From contig JAWBNK010000001.1 in assembly GCA_038827615.1 (NCBI GenBank), forward strand, positions 122,290-186,289: 64,000 bases of DNA, read 5' to 3'. The notes beneath the pieces were generated by a model. It was not told where the DNA came from. It did not search any database and worked only from the letters and a program-made list of their open reading frames with translations. This document shows positions 1 through 9,584 of the stretch, one piece after another. Numbering within the stretch: the first letter of the stretch is position 1; every line of letters begins with the position of its first letter. Origin of the DNA: Thermosphaera sp. (GTDB taxonomy: Archaea > Thermoproteota > Thermoprotei_A > Sulfolobales > Desulfurococcaceae). A program made the position numbers and the translations under genes.

Positions 1-426
1 GCCACAGTGGGCGGTATTAAAGTGATGAGATTCCTGATACTGTTGAAGAAGCTTAAGGCGTCATCGGTGAACATCGTCACAGGGGGAAGGGCGGAGGTCA
101 GGGTTAGGCTGGGCGGCAATATTCTCGAAGACTCCGAGGTAGCGTCTGCATTGTTGATAACGGTAATCCACTTTACCACGATATTCGTTGGCGCTACTTT
201 GATAAAGTCAATGGTCCCCGCGTTCGACTATGCCGACGCATTCTTCGAGTCGGCTTCGGCTTCTAGCTGTGTGGGTTTATCGGTTGGAATCACCTCTCCC
301 CTTGCTCCTGCAGGGGTTAAGGCGGTTCTAATAGTCTTAATGATACTGGGCAGGCTCGAGTATCTTCCACTATTAATGTTGATAGGCTACGTTGCCGGGA
401 GAAAGACTATTAAACTATTAAAGTAG
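1..426 (+). CDS. trkH: TrkH/KtrB-family K+ transporter membrane subunit, C-terminal fragment (5' end outside window)
   Basis: Frame open from nt 1; strongly hydrophobic; GLSVGITS pore-loop-like segment; directly followed by a TrkA-type gene. Confidence 0.6.
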   Translation, partial: ATVGGIKVMRFLILLKKLKASSVNIVTGGRAEVRVRLGGNILEDSEVASALLITVIHFTTIFVGATLIKSMVPAFDYADAFFESASASSCVGLSVGITSPLAPAGVKAVLIVLMILGRLEYLPLLMLIGYVAGRKTIKLLK

Positions 427-477
427 GGAGAGCATAAAATTATTGATGGTTAGGAACGGTAGCACGAGGTTTACGTT

Positions 478-1125
478 ATGAAGATATTGATTGCCGGGGG
501 CGGCGAGTTCGCCGAGAATTTGATAAGAATGCTGAATCCAAGGGAGAACGAGATCATAGTGATAGAGAAGGATGAAGCTAGGAAAAGGGAGCTGGAGTCT
601 AGGTACGATATACTAGTGATCAATAAAAATGCCACCGACGTGGAGGTCTACACCAACGAGGTCAAGATGGACGAGATCGACGCTGTCCTTGCATTAACGA
701 ACAGCGATGAGATAAATCTGCTGGTCCTAGCGATAGCGAAGCTCCACAATATTCCGATAAGGATTGGTCGGTTCGCGGAGGAGAAGATTGGAGAACTCGT
801 GAGGGAGCTTCAACTAGGGATACCTATCACGCAGCCCAAGGTTCTGGCGAATCTCGTTGCGAACTACATATCCTCGGTTCTAACACCTCTCTACCTCGGA
901 AAAGTTGGCCTTTTCGACCTATACTTGTTGGGAGTATCTGAGGGGGACAGGGCTGCGGGGTCTAAGATAGTGGACCTGGAGATGGATGAAAGAGTTGGCA
1001 AGATAATACTAATGTTTGATGGAGTAGGTTTCAAGGTGCCAACTGGCGAGGAGGTTTTAAAGCCCGGCGACATTCTTTTCATACTCTCCTCCGGAAACGA
1101 GTTTGTTAGGTATATTAAGGGATGA
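478..1125 (+). CDS. trkA: TrkA-type K+ transport regulatory protein (RCK N + C domains)
   Basis: N-terminal Rossmann motif KILIAGGGEFA; C-terminal TrkA-C-like segment GDILFILS; adjacent to trkH. Confidence 0.8.
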   Translation: MKILIAGGGEFAENLIRMLNPRENEIIVIEKDEARKRELESRYDILVINKNATDVEVYTNEVKMDEIDAVLALTNSDEINLLVLAIAKLHNIPIRIGRFAEEKIGELVRELQLGIPITQPKVLANLVANYISSVLTPLYLGKVGLFDLYLLGVSEGDRAAGSKIVDLEMDERVGKIILMFDGVGFKVPTGEEVLKPGDILFILSSGNEFVRYIKG

Positions 1126-1901
1126 ACATGGCTGAAGCAAATATTGTTCAAGAAGTGCTTGCAAAGCTAGAAGTCCCGATCATTATTATTGCAACACTGC
1201 TGATCTTCAGGGTATTACTCAAGAAATTTCTCGACTCATTGTCCTCACGGGGATCTATATCGAGTATTGCCAAAGAATCCGTGCTACGGATTCTAGACAT
1301 TTCTATCATAGTGATCTCGTTTCTAACGCTCATAGGACAATTCATCGAGGTACACTTGGCTATCATAGCCCTCGGCGCTCTCAGCGTACTGCTCGTGCTC
1401 ATGTTAGTTGACAGGATCAGGGGTTTCATTGCATACCTTGCCCTCCAAATGGATAGGAAAATGCTCGGCAGGCATTACATGATATTGGTTAACGGCCTTG
1501 GGAAGCCGATCTACGGTAAGGTTACGAACATTTCGACATCGCACTGCGTGGTTGAGGACATATTTGGGGAGCGGTATATCATTCCCAACACATTAATGTA
1601 CAACGCTATTCTCAAACCTCACGCGATGTCCCTCGTGTTCGACGTCAGAGTAAGGCTTACAGGCAAGGAGGATTTATCCAGGCTCATATCCTTATTCAGG
1701 GATTTAAAATCCGAAGTTTTCAGAATTGACGATAAGAGGTCCATTATTAGATACGTGGGTCCTAGGGGATTCATCGTTAGGATAATCGTTCACCCAATAT
1801 CATCGACGATTAGGCAGTCAGACATCAACGACTTCATCGCTGAAATCCTCGAGAAGTTCAGGGAGTATGAGATTGAGGTAAAATTCGTGGAGATGCACTA
1901 G
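1122..1901 (+). CDS. MscS-like small-conductance mechanosensitive channel family protein
   Basis: N-terminal TM helices followed by a beta-domain pattern GKVTNISTSHCVVEDIFGERYIIPN typical of the MscS family; 4-nt overlap with trkA. Confidence 0.5.
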   Translation: MNMAEANIVQEVLAKLEVPIIIIATLLIFRVLLKKFLDSLSSRGSISSIAKESVLRILDISIIVISFLTLIGQFIEVHLAIIALGALSVLLVLMLVDRIRGFIAYLALQMDRKMLGRHYMILVNGLGKPIYGKVTNISTSHCVVEDIFGERYIIPNTLMYNAILKPHAMSLVFDVRVRLTGKEDLSRLISLFRDLKSEVFRIDDKRSIIRYVGPRGFIVRIIVHPISSTIRQSDINDFIAEILEKFREYEIEVKFVEMH

Positions 1902-1920
1902 GCTCATGCAGTTTTACCTT

Positions 1921-3204
1921 TTAAACGGTGACTACTAATCCCCTTAAATCATAGAAAGTAGCCCTCTCGATGAGAGCTTCAACCAATTCTCCGTAGCCAA
2001 GGGATTTATCACTATTTAGCACGACGGGGATGTAATTCCCTAGTCTTCCCACCCATGTATTAGAGTATTCAGTTATGAATACTGGGATTTTACGGCCAAC
2101 GTATTTTTCACGCACCTTCAACCCTACTTCTTCAACGGTTTTCAGGAGCCTCATCATTCTCTCCTTTCTGGTTTTTGTTGGAACGGGTGGAAGCCCGGCT
2201 GAGAGCGTGTTGGGTCTTAGACTGTACCCTGCGAAGTGCACTCTTTCAAACTCTAACTCTTTGATGATCTTAAGGGTTTGCTCGAAATCCTCATCACTCT
2301 CCAGGGGGTGCCCCACTATAATGTCTGTGGCTATGCTTACATCAGGTATCTTTCTCTTCACCTCCAACACTGTTCTCCTGTATTCTTCGATTGAATACTT
2401 CCTGTTCATGGCTTTCAACACTTTATCGCTTCCCGATTGAAGGGGTATGTGGAGGAACCTGTATATACGAGGGTCTGAATTGATTGTCTCGATTAGATCG
2501 TCTAGGATGAACTCTAAATGCTCCGGGTTAATCATACCTATTCTAATCCTGAAATTTCCGCTGACTCTTGAGACCCGCGCGACCAGCTCGGGAAGGAGCC
2601 TCTTCCCGTAGAGGTCTAAGCCGTAGACTCCTAGATCCATCCCGGTCAGCTGGACTTCGACGGCTCCTTTGGCCACAGCGGCCTCCACAGCTCTCACAAC
2701 TGCTTCGATGCTGTGGCTTACCACTGCTCTTCTTGCATGCTTAGTGATGCAGAAGGAGCAATTGCTCAAACATCCCTCTTGAATTGGTATTGGGGCTATT
2801 CTGCCCTCGAAACATAGGCCTATGAGGTCTCTTACCCTGGGTCCGTTGAGGAGAAATACCCTATCTGCGGCTTCCACGGCTTCATATATCCTCACAGCGT
2901 TTTGCGGAGATACCAGGCTTGCCTCGGGGGCGGTCTTGTAGACCTTGTACGGCTGAGCCGCGGGCATGCATCCAGCTACTACTAGTTTCGCCCCCTTCCC
3001 GAGGGCTATTCTCCGGAGCTCTGCTATCCTCTTAATCATGTGTTGCTCAGTGTCAAGTCTCACAGTGCAAGTATTGAGTACGATGGCGTCGGCACTCCAG
3101 GGGTCCCCGGCGAGAGAGTGTCCTCTCTCGACTAAAACCTGTTTCATCAACGCTTCATCGCTCTTGTTTAGGGCACACCCGTAAGTCTCCACGTAAACCT
3201 TCAT
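1921..3204 (-). CDS. Radical-SAM methylthiotransferase, MiaB/MtaB (CDKAL1-like) family
   Basis: VETYGCALN and NTCTV (UPF0004 N-domain cysteines); radical-SAM CLSNCSFC; start taken at MKVYVETYGC (ORF track begins 15 codons upstream at 3249). Confidence 0.85.
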   Translation of the reverse strand: MKVYVETYGCALNKSDEALMKQVLVERGHSLAGDPWSADAIVLNTCTVRLDTEQHMIKRIAELRRIALGKGAKLVVAGCMPAAQPYKVYKTAPEASLVSPQNAVRIYEAVEAADRVFLLNGPRVRDLIGLCFEGRIAPIPIQEGCLSNCSFCITKHARRAVVSHSIEAVVRAVEAAVAKGAVEVQLTGMDLGVYGLDLYGKRLLPELVARVSRVSGNFRIRIGMINPEHLEFILDDLIETINSDPRIYRFLHIPLQSGSDKVLKAMNRKYSIEEYRRTVLEVKRKIPDVSIATDIIVGHPLESDEDFEQTLKIIKELEFERVHFAGYSLRPNTLSAGLPPVPTKTRKERMMRLLKTVEEVGLKVREKYVGRKIPVFITEYSNTWVGRLGNYIPVVLNSDKSLGYGELVEALIERATFYDLRGLVVTV

Positions 3205-3267
3205 TAAAACCCCTGGTTCTAGGATATTGTTAAATAGCCCTCTTAACAATAAAGTCTTTTAATAGAG

Positions 3268-3702
3268 GTGTTGCCCTTGAACAGCGCTGTGGGATACGAA
3301 TACGAAGAGCTTTTGAATAGGGCTTTAGAGAGGCTTCCCTCGAAGAAGGGGAGCAGCGAGGTTTTCGAGATACCGAGGGCTGAAGTTTTAATAGTTGGTG
3401 GCAGGACAATCGTGCACAATTTCTCAGAGATCGCTGAAGTTCTTGGAAGGGAGAGGGATGTTGTACAGAGATACTTTGTGAAAGAGCTCGGTGTCCCTGC
3501 ATTCACTAATGAGGCAGGTCAGCTCCTTCTCCAGGGAAAGTTTAATGCCTCAGTGATTAACAAGCTGATAGAGGTTTTCGTAGAGAAGTACGTGAAGTGC
3601 CCTACTTGTGGCGCCGTTCACACTAGGCTCGCTAAGAAGGGGAAGGTTTTCATCATGAGATGTGAGGCCTGCGGGGCCGAGACGACTCTACCGGCTTTTT
3701 AA
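3268..3702 (+). CDS. eif2b: Translation initiation factor aIF-2 beta subunit
   Basis: C-terminal zinc ribbon CPTCGAVHT...MRCEACGA and an N-terminal eIF2-beta/eIF5-type segment; GTG start. Confidence 0.9.
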   Translation: MLPLNSAVGYEYEELLNRALERLPSKKGSSEVFEIPRAEVLIVGGRTIVHNFSEIAEVLGRERDVVQRYFVKELGVPAFTNEAGQLLLQGKFNASVINKLIEVFVEKYVKCPTCGAVHTRLAKKGKVFIMRCEACGAETTLPAF

Positions 3703-3718
3703 AGCGTGTGATGGTTTA

Positions 3719-4051
3719 ATGAAGGATTCAGATGATCAACAGCTACCCGGGCTTGTCTACGTTCACGTCCGCGTTGTCGAGGGTGAGGTAGTAGTTTCGG
3801 CGTGCGACGCAGAGCTTCTCGGCAGGGTTTTAATAAACAAGGAGGGGGGCATGAAATACAGCGTGGACCCCTTCTTTTATAAAGGAGAGCTTAAAACGGT
3901 CGAGGAAGCATTAATGCTTCTCTCAAACGCTACAACGGGAAACCTCGTGGGGAGTAGGATAGTTAAGGCTGCCGTCGAGAGAGGCTTAATCCATCCCGAG
4001 GCGGTCTTAGTAATTGATGGGGTTCCAATAGCGTTTTTCACAGTGATATAG
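3719..4051 (+). CDS. DUF424-family protein
   Basis: VHVRVVEGEVVVSACDAELLG... pattern typical of archaeal DUF424; start taken at internal MKDSDD because upstream codons overlap the aIF2-beta end. Confidence 0.55.
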   Translation: MKDSDDQQLPGLVYVHVRVVEGEVVVSACDAELLGRVLINKEGGMKYSVDPFFYKGELKTVEEALMLLSNATTGNLVGSRIVKAAVERGLIHPEAVLVIDGVPIAFFTVI

Positions 4052-4060
4052 GTGTTTTAA

Positions 4061-5119
4061 ATGAGGTTTTGCGTTAGATGCGGGAGAGAGGTTTCAGAGG
4101 ATGAGATCATCGGTAATTACTGCATCGATTGCTATGTTAAGCATCAAACTCCTTTTAAGAATAGGCCGAGGCTTGAGGTCACTTTATGCCCTAAGTGCGG
4201 CTCCTGGCTCTACAAGGGAGAGTGGAGCCTGCCCGTCAGCACCGAGGAAGTGTTCAGGAGGGTCGCGCTGAACGAGTCTAGAAGATTCCTCAGGGACGAG
4301 GTTGAAGCATTAGACGCTAGTGTTCTAAGAGGGGTTCACAAGATCAGCGCCAGCGAGCATGGAATAACCCTAAGACTTCACCTCCTTGTTAAAGGGAAGC
4401 ATCCAATTGATTATGAGCTCGAGGTCCCGGTTAAAATCAGCTACAAGCCATGCCCATCCTGCTTGATGAGGTCCGGGGGTTCCCACAAAGCCTTGGTCCA
4501 GGTCAGATATGAGGGTAGAGTAGACCTGGATAGGCTTGCTGAAGAAGTGGAGGAGTTAATAGTAGAGACGGGCCTCGCTTCAAGCGTAACGGATGTTGAG
4601 GTCGTCAAGGATGGCGTGGACGTGAAGTTTGAAGACCCGGTACCTGCAAGAAAGCTCTCGAGCATTCTGGGTAGAAGGTATGGAGCTATGACCACCGAGT
4701 CCTTTCGCTCAACGAGATTCGACGCTCATGAGGGAAAGTGGAGGGGGGTCGTAACCATCTCGGTGAGGATACCGCCCGTGCGCAAAGGCGTCGTAGTGGA
4801 ATACCTCGGGGAGGTAGGAGTTGTAGAAGAAGTATACAAGGGATTGGTTAAGATAAGGGTGCTCGAGACCGGCGAACTAGTTCAGACAAAGGTTTCCAGC
4901 TACTGGGAGGGCAGGATCAGAGTCGTCGAGAAAGCCCACGTCAGCGGCCCCTTCCTCGTAACGGGGGTTGACAAGAACTACGTATATCTTCTTAGGGAGG
5001 ACAGTGGAGAGATGAAGGAGGTTTCCGTTAAGCCGGGCTATTCTCATTTAAAAGCAGGTGTCAAAGTATTATTATTGACAATAGAGGATAGAGAATACTT
5101 GATAGAGGAGAGTGGTTAA
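4061..5119 (+). CDS. NMD3-family protein (60S export adaptor homologue)
   Basis: N-terminal Cys clusters CVRCG...CIDCY...CPKCG...CPSC characteristic of NMD3. Confidence 0.8.
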   Translation: MRFCVRCGREVSEDEIIGNYCIDCYVKHQTPFKNRPRLEVTLCPKCGSWLYKGEWSLPVSTEEVFRRVALNESRRFLRDEVEALDASVLRGVHKISASEHGITLRLHLLVKGKHPIDYELEVPVKISYKPCPSCLMRSGGSHKALVQVRYEGRVDLDRLAEEVEELIVETGLASSVTDVEVVKDGVDVKFEDPVPARKLSSILGRRYGAMTTESFRSTRFDAHEGKWRGVVTISVRIPPVRKGVVVEYLGEVGVVEEVYKGLVKIRVLETGELVQTKVSSYWEGRIRVVEKAHVSGPFLVTGVDKNYVYLLREDSGEMKEVSVKPGYSHLKAGVKVLLLTIEDREYLIEESG

Positions 5120-5122
5120 GTT

Positions 5123-5452
5123 TTGCCTAAGAAGGATCAAGGTCTAGGCCCCGGTGCTGAAACACCATTACCCGGAGATGACACGGTAGTTTGCGGAGTC
5201 ATAAGGCATCTAGGCGGAGACTACCTACTGGCTAAATGCATGGACGGCGTCGATAGGAAGGTCAGGATCCCGGGGAAGCTTAGGAAGAGAGTTTGGATTA
5301 GTGAAGGAGACATCATCTTGGTAGGCCTCTGGGATTTCACCCCTGATAAAGGAGAAGTCGTATACAAGTATGGTAGGAGCGAGGTAAACAAGCTCCTGGA
5401 GAAGGGTTTTTTGACGAAGGAGTTCATCGACGCGCTCAGTGAATACGTATGA
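5123..5452 (+). CDS. eif1a: Translation initiation factor aIF-1A
   Basis: S1/OB core GVIRHLGGDYLLAKCMDGVDRKVRIPGKLRKRVWISEGDIILV. Confidence 0.9.
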   Translation: MPKKDQGLGPGAETPLPGDDTVVCGVIRHLGGDYLLAKCMDGVDRKVRIPGKLRKRVWISEGDIILVGLWDFTPDKGEVVYKYGRSEVNKLLEKGFLTKEFIDALSEYV

Positions 5453-6261
5453 GCGACGATATGGATAGGCTCCTGCGGCGTGGAAGCGAGGAGCCCAGGA
5501 TAAAAGATGCAGACTTGTATGAAACGGTTGAGGAAGTCTTCGACTCCTCAACAGTGTTGACCATAGTCTCCCTGATTAGGAAGAGGGTTTTGAAGCGATT
5601 GGCGGGCGTGGTCAGCGCTGGTAAGGAGGCCAGGGTTTACCTCGGATACGCTCCCGACGGGAGGCCGCTGGCCGTTAAGATATACTTGACGAGCTCAGCG
5701 GAGTTTAGACGGGGCATCTTGAAATACATAATGGGGGATCCCAGGTTTCAAAGAGCTAAGCTCAGCGACACTAGATCCATCATTTACGCCTGGACTAGGA
5801 AGGAGTACAGGAACCTTGTGAGAATGAAGGAGGCGGGAGTAAAGGTCCCGCAGCCAGTCGCGTTTCTGAACAATGTCCTGGTTATGGAATTCCTCGGCGA
5901 GGACGGCCGGAGGTATCCGCTTCTCGAAGAAGCCTACAGGGACCTGGAGGCTGTGGAGCTTGAAAGTATCTATACTTTAGCCTTAGAGGAATTGGAGAAG
6001 ATTGTCTGTAAAGCTAAGCTCGTGCATGGGGATTTCTCAGAGTTCAACATCATGGTTAAGCCTGACTTGGACGTGGCGGTGATCGATGTTAGCCAGGCTG
6101 TTGATCACTCGCATCCCAATGCGAGGGATTTCCTGGAGAGGGATGTTAGAAATATTAACAGGTTTTTCAAAAATGAAGCCAAGATTAATGTATTGAGTGA
6201 GGAAGAGGTCTTAGAGGGGTTACTTAGATGTCTGGAGAGGAGAAGGGTAGATTCATCCTAG
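5449..6261 (+). CDS. rio1: RIO-type serine/threonine protein kinase (Rio1-like)
   Basis: VSAGKEARVY (P-loop region), LVHGDFSEFNIM (catalytic loop), IDVSQAV (metal-binding loop); 4-nt overlap with eif1a. Confidence 0.9.
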   Translation: MSDDMDRLLRRGSEEPRIKDADLYETVEEVFDSSTVLTIVSLIRKRVLKRLAGVVSAGKEARVYLGYAPDGRPLAVKIYLTSSAEFRRGILKYIMGDPRFQRAKLSDTRSIIYAWTRKEYRNLVRMKEAGVKVPQPVAFLNNVLVMEFLGEDGRRYPLLEEAYRDLEAVELESIYTLALEELEKIVCKAKLVHGDFSEFNIMVKPDLDVAVIDVSQAVDHSHPNARDFLERDVRNINRFFKNEAKINVLSEEEVLEGLLRCLERRRVDSS

Positions 6262-6866
6262 GCGTTACAAGGCTCTACGAGAAACTCCCTTTGGATAGGA
6301 TCGGGGTTTTAATCGGGGATGATGGGAGAGTTAAGAAGGAGATAGAGGTGAAAACTAGGACCAGCATCACCATAGACTCAAACACTGGTGGAGTCGTCAT
6401 CGAACCGACTCTTCCAACTACTTCAGCCCTCGAACTCATGAAGGCTAGAGATATTGTTAAGGCTATAGCGTATGGATTCAGTCCCGACAGGGCCATGAGG
6501 CTCCTCGATGAGGATCAAGTATTGGTCGTTATCGATGTTAGACAGTACGTGGGTGACAAGCCAAATCACGTTACAAGAGTTTTGGGAAGAATTATTGGAG
6601 AGGATGGAAAAGCGAGGAGGACTCTAGAAGAAATGACTGGTGCATACATCTCCGTGTATGAACCATACGTCGCGATTATCGGGGATTACGAGACAGCGAA
6701 TATTGCGAAAACGGCCGTGGAGATGCTGATACAGGGTAGGAGGCACTCTTCAGTCTACAAGTACGTTGAGAACGAGACATTCACGTTGAAGAGGAGGAGG
6801 ATGAGAGAGTTATGGATGAAGCCGCCGGGGATAGGCGAGAAAAAAGAATCCGAGAGCGGAGAATAG
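6228..6866 (+). CDS. KH-domain RNA-binding protein (Dim2/Pno1-like)
   Basis: Two KH-like modules (IGVLIGDDGRVKKEIE; LGRIIGEDGKARRTLEE); conserved position after the RIO kinase. Confidence 0.75.
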   Translation: MSGEEKGRFILGVTRLYEKLPLDRIGVLIGDDGRVKKEIEVKTRTSITIDSNTGGVVIEPTLPTTSALELMKARDIVKAIAYGFSPDRAMRLLDEDQVLVVIDVRQYVGDKPNHVTRVLGRIIGEDGKARRTLEEMTGAYISVYEPYVAIIGDYETANIAKTAVEMLIQGRRHSSVYKYVENETFTLKRRRMRELWMKPPGIGEKKESESGE

Positions 6867-6871
6867 ATTTT

Positions 6872-7291
6872 TCAGAACACTAACAAGTATATAGCAGCTA
6901 TCATCAAAGCGCTCGCAGCTATCTTCTTAATCGTTATTTCCTCATGCAGTATGAGGATAGACAATATGATCACGAATAGGAGGCTTGACTTATCTATTAT
7001 CGAGACGGGAGTCGTTTCCCCCTTTTGAAGGGCGAGGAAATACAGAACCCATGAAGCGCCTCCAGCCACGCCGCTAAGTATTATAAACAACGCCTCCCTA
7101 GAGGTGATCGTGGAGACGAAGCCCGTTCCCCTGAAAGCAAACATAACTCCAACCGCGAAAATCATCATGACTACGGATCTCAAAGCGGTAGCTGTCACGG
7201 AGTCTACGTGTTGAAGACCTATTTTAGCGAAGATGGTAGCTAGAGCGGCCATGAACGCGTCGAGTAATGCGTACAAGACCCAATCCTCCAT
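6872..7291 (-). CDS. Small EamA/DMT-type membrane transporter
   Basis: About 140 aa with 4-5 TM helices; start taken at MEDWVLYALL; the 29 upstream codons of the ORF track are Arg-rich and non-membrane-like. Confidence 0.55.
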   Translation of the reverse strand: MEDWVLYALLDAFMAALATIFAKIGLQHVDSVTATALRSVVMMIFAVGVMFAFRGTGFVSTITSREALFIILSGVAGGASWVLYFLALQKGETTPVSIIDKSSLLFVIILSILILHEEITIKKIAASALMIAAIYLLVF

Positions 7292-7486
7292 GTACCCCAC
7301 CAGCGGTGAACGGCATCTCGTGCGGGCCTCGTCAACACGGGTTTCAGAGGGGCTTCTAACCCCGGGTTCCCTCTTCATCTGCCGTTGACGAATAGTATGG
7401 GGTGATCCCTATTTAATGCTTAACGAGGGCTGGGGAAAAAGCTTATATGACTCCTAAGACTATAATACCTGGCGATGACTGGTAGT

Positions 7487-7643
7487 GGGCCCGTAGCTCA
7501 GCCAGGCAGAGCGGCGGATGCTGGGGTATAGCCCCGGCGGCCGATGCTCCAGATCCATGCTATGGGTCATACGACCTTCACGGGATGAGATAGATCTGGA
7601 GGGAGTGACCCGTAGGTCAGGGGTTCGAATCCCCTCGGGCCCA
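7487..7643 (+). tRNA. Intron-containing tRNA, most likely tRNA-Trp(CCA) with two introns (proposed exons 7487-7517, 7546-7552, 7608-7643)
   Basis: Acceptor GGGCCCG/CGGGCCC, D-arm GCTC-AGCCAGGCA-GAGC, T-arm AGGGG-TTCGAAT-CCCCT, discriminator A. The gene is 157 nt versus 74 nt expected. Removing 7518-7545 and 7553-7607 gives anticodon stem GCGGG/CCCGT and loop CTCCAGA. The exon CTCCAG+ATC pairs with intron GATCTGGAG (9 bp), as in canonical 37/38 introns. Confidence 0.65.
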
Positions 7644-7659
7644 CTACGATGTTTAAAAA

Positions 7660-8085
7660 CTATTGATTAACGATTTTCCTGATCTTGTAAGCTCCCAGGA
7701 GGGCTCCGGATAACACTATGATTAAAGCTATTCTTACATCCATTCCAGAGAAGCATATCCATGTAGCTACGAGGAAGAAGATCACTCCGATGAACGCTCT
7801 GGATGCAGCCGGGTTGAAGGCGGGTTTCCTCGAAGGCTCTCTCAGGCTCTCGAACCCGTAGTACCAGATAGCGTTGACGTATAGGAATATTGTCGAAGCT
7901 AGGGGTAATGCGTTTTCTCCGGGGACGGCGAACGTTGAAGCTATTGCGAGGATAACTGATGCAATGAAGACCGCGAAGTCCCTGAAGGTTTCAGCTAGCT
8001 TAATCCTTGTGAATGAGAGGGCGATGAATACTATTGTTGACGCGACTCCTATTGCAAGCGTGACCTCGCTCATGTTTTCAACCAC
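7660..8085 (-). CDS. Small integral membrane protein (about 4 TM), last gene of the SPFH/Zn-ribbon operon
   Basis: Hydrophobic 141-aa product; start lies 1 nt after the stop of the upstream gene. Confidence 0.6.
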   Translation of the reverse strand: MVENMSEVTLAIGVASTIVFIALSFTRIKLAETFRDFAVFIASVILAIASTFAVPGENALPLASTIFLYVNAIWYYGFESLREPSRKPAFNPAASRAFIGVIFFLVATWICFSGMDVRIALIIVLSGALLGAYKIRKIVNQ

Positions 8086-8086
8086 G

Positions 8087-9562
8087 TTAGATAGATAGTT
8101 TTACAAGGTTATTTAACTCGGTCGCGAGTCTTAGGCCTAGACCCTTCTCGTAAACCATTGTTCTCTGGTCGACCGTGTTGAATGGAATGTAAACTATTCC
8201 GGTTGCTTGAGAAGACGCGAATGTGATCTTTCCCCTGTACTTGTTGTTAGCAGCTTCTATGTAGCCGTCGGCGAGCTTCTCGGCTAAAACGCTGGATATT
8301 AGCGGTGGGAAGGCTTTAGCGTCGCCGGGTATGCTCGAGGGTTTCGCCGATCCAGCTATTTCCCTTGCTAGTAAGTATCCGTGAGCCTCAGCTATCTTAT
8401 CGGGCTGGACGGTTTTACCAGAGTATATTCCGAGGACGTCTAAGACGGGGTTTTCAATATAGGGGGGTAATCCCGCGACGAGAAGCGTGAGACGGGACTC
8501 GCTCCCTTTTTTCAACAAGAGTCCTTTCACGAAGGAGAACCTGCACTCCACTGTGAAGAATGGAATATAGAATCCTCCCTTTCCCGGTGCAACGTTGACT
8601 TCAGGGCTACCTGCTCTCGCGCTGGCTAGTTTCTTCAGGTTTAGGCTTGTCTCCACGATGTCTTGGACGGGCCTCTTGTAATTGTCCCTGAGCCATTTGA
8701 AAACACTAGTGTATGCTTCAACCCATTTAATGATCTCTAATGGATCCTTTCCCGCGGCGAAGAACATGTGGGCTGCTTCTGAAATATGGTATACGGCTTC
8801 CGCAACTTGTTTCTCTACTTCGAGGATTCCCCTGTTCACCTCTGGTATTGCCGTGGAACCCGTCTTCTCGAGGAGTAGGTTATACTGGTCTATGCTTGCC
8901 TTAGCGATGTCTACCGCGGCCGAAGTATTCCTATTGTATAGCTGGTCTAAAGCCGTTAGAATTGACTTGACAGCGTTTAGTCTCTGCTTCACTAGTGTGA
9001 AGCCGGGCTCGTCGGGTATTTGAGCAGTAGCCTCCTCGATGTTTTTCAAAGCAGATTTCACATCGTGCTTTGACAGTGCTTTCAAAGCATTGATAAGGTA
9101 GCCGGCCGTGCTCCCGTATACTATGGTCTCGTAAACGAACTTCGAGTCCTCCTCGGATACTGCGAAATCCTTTACTGCCTGCACCCTCAGGGTTTCCTCG
9201 AAGAATTGTTTCGAATCCTCGCTCGGAGGTGTGGGCGGGGGTATGGGTGAAACCGGGTTTGACAAGTACTGTAGGTATTTCGCCCTAATATTCGCCCTAG
9301 TCAGTAATAGCTTCGGTTTTATAATGCTCTGAAAGATCTGGTGTCTAGCGGCTGTGTCGACAACTGTTGATGAAACAGCGGTTGGGGGAAGCAGCTCTCT
9401 TATCCATTTCTCAAGCTCCATCCTGAGCTTCTCTATGTATCTTGTAGCGTCGACGATTTTATTGAGGAAGCCGCAGTACTCGCATCTAACCCAGTCTTCT
9501 CCCGGCTGTGGTTTTGGAAGGGGTGCTCCGCAGTTCGTGCAGCGTAAGGCGGTTGTTTCCAA
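8087..9562 (-). CDS. Zn-ribbon protein with a large uncharacterised C-terminal domain
   Basis: N-terminal CTNCG-x17-CEYCG zinc ribbon; no other motif recognised; operonic with the SPFH gene. Confidence 0.6.
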   Translation of the reverse strand: METTALRCTNCGAPLPKPQPGEDWVRCEYCGFLNKIVDATRYIEKLRMELEKWIRELLPPTAVSSTVVDTAARHQIFQSIIKPKLLLTRANIRAKYLQYLSNPVSPIPPPTPPSEDSKQFFEETLRVQAVKDFAVSEEDSKFVYETIVYGSTAGYLINALKALSKHDVKSALKNIEEATAQIPDEPGFTLVKQRLNAVKSILTALDQLYNRNTSAAVDIAKASIDQYNLLLEKTGSTAIPEVNRGILEVEKQVAEAVYHISEAAHMFFAAGKDPLEIIKWVEAYTSVFKWLRDNYKRPVQDIVETSLNLKKLASARAGSPEVNVAPGKGGFYIPFFTVECRFSFVKGLLLKKGSESRLTLLVAGLPPYIENPVLDVLGIYSGKTVQPDKIAEAHGYLLAREIAGSAKPSSIPGDAKAFPPLISSVLAEKLADGYIEAANNKYRGKITFASSQATGIVYIPFNTVDQRTMVYEKGLGLRLATELNNLVKLSI

Positions 9563-9584
9563 AGATTGACCCCTTCTCTACTTG

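Noticed and set aside
7553-7607. Possible C/D-box guide inside the tRNA-Trp intron, as known for euryarchaeal pre-tRNA-Trp
   Set aside because: Only a poor GATGAGA and no proper CUGA D box at suitable spacing are present. The box geometry is not satisfied.
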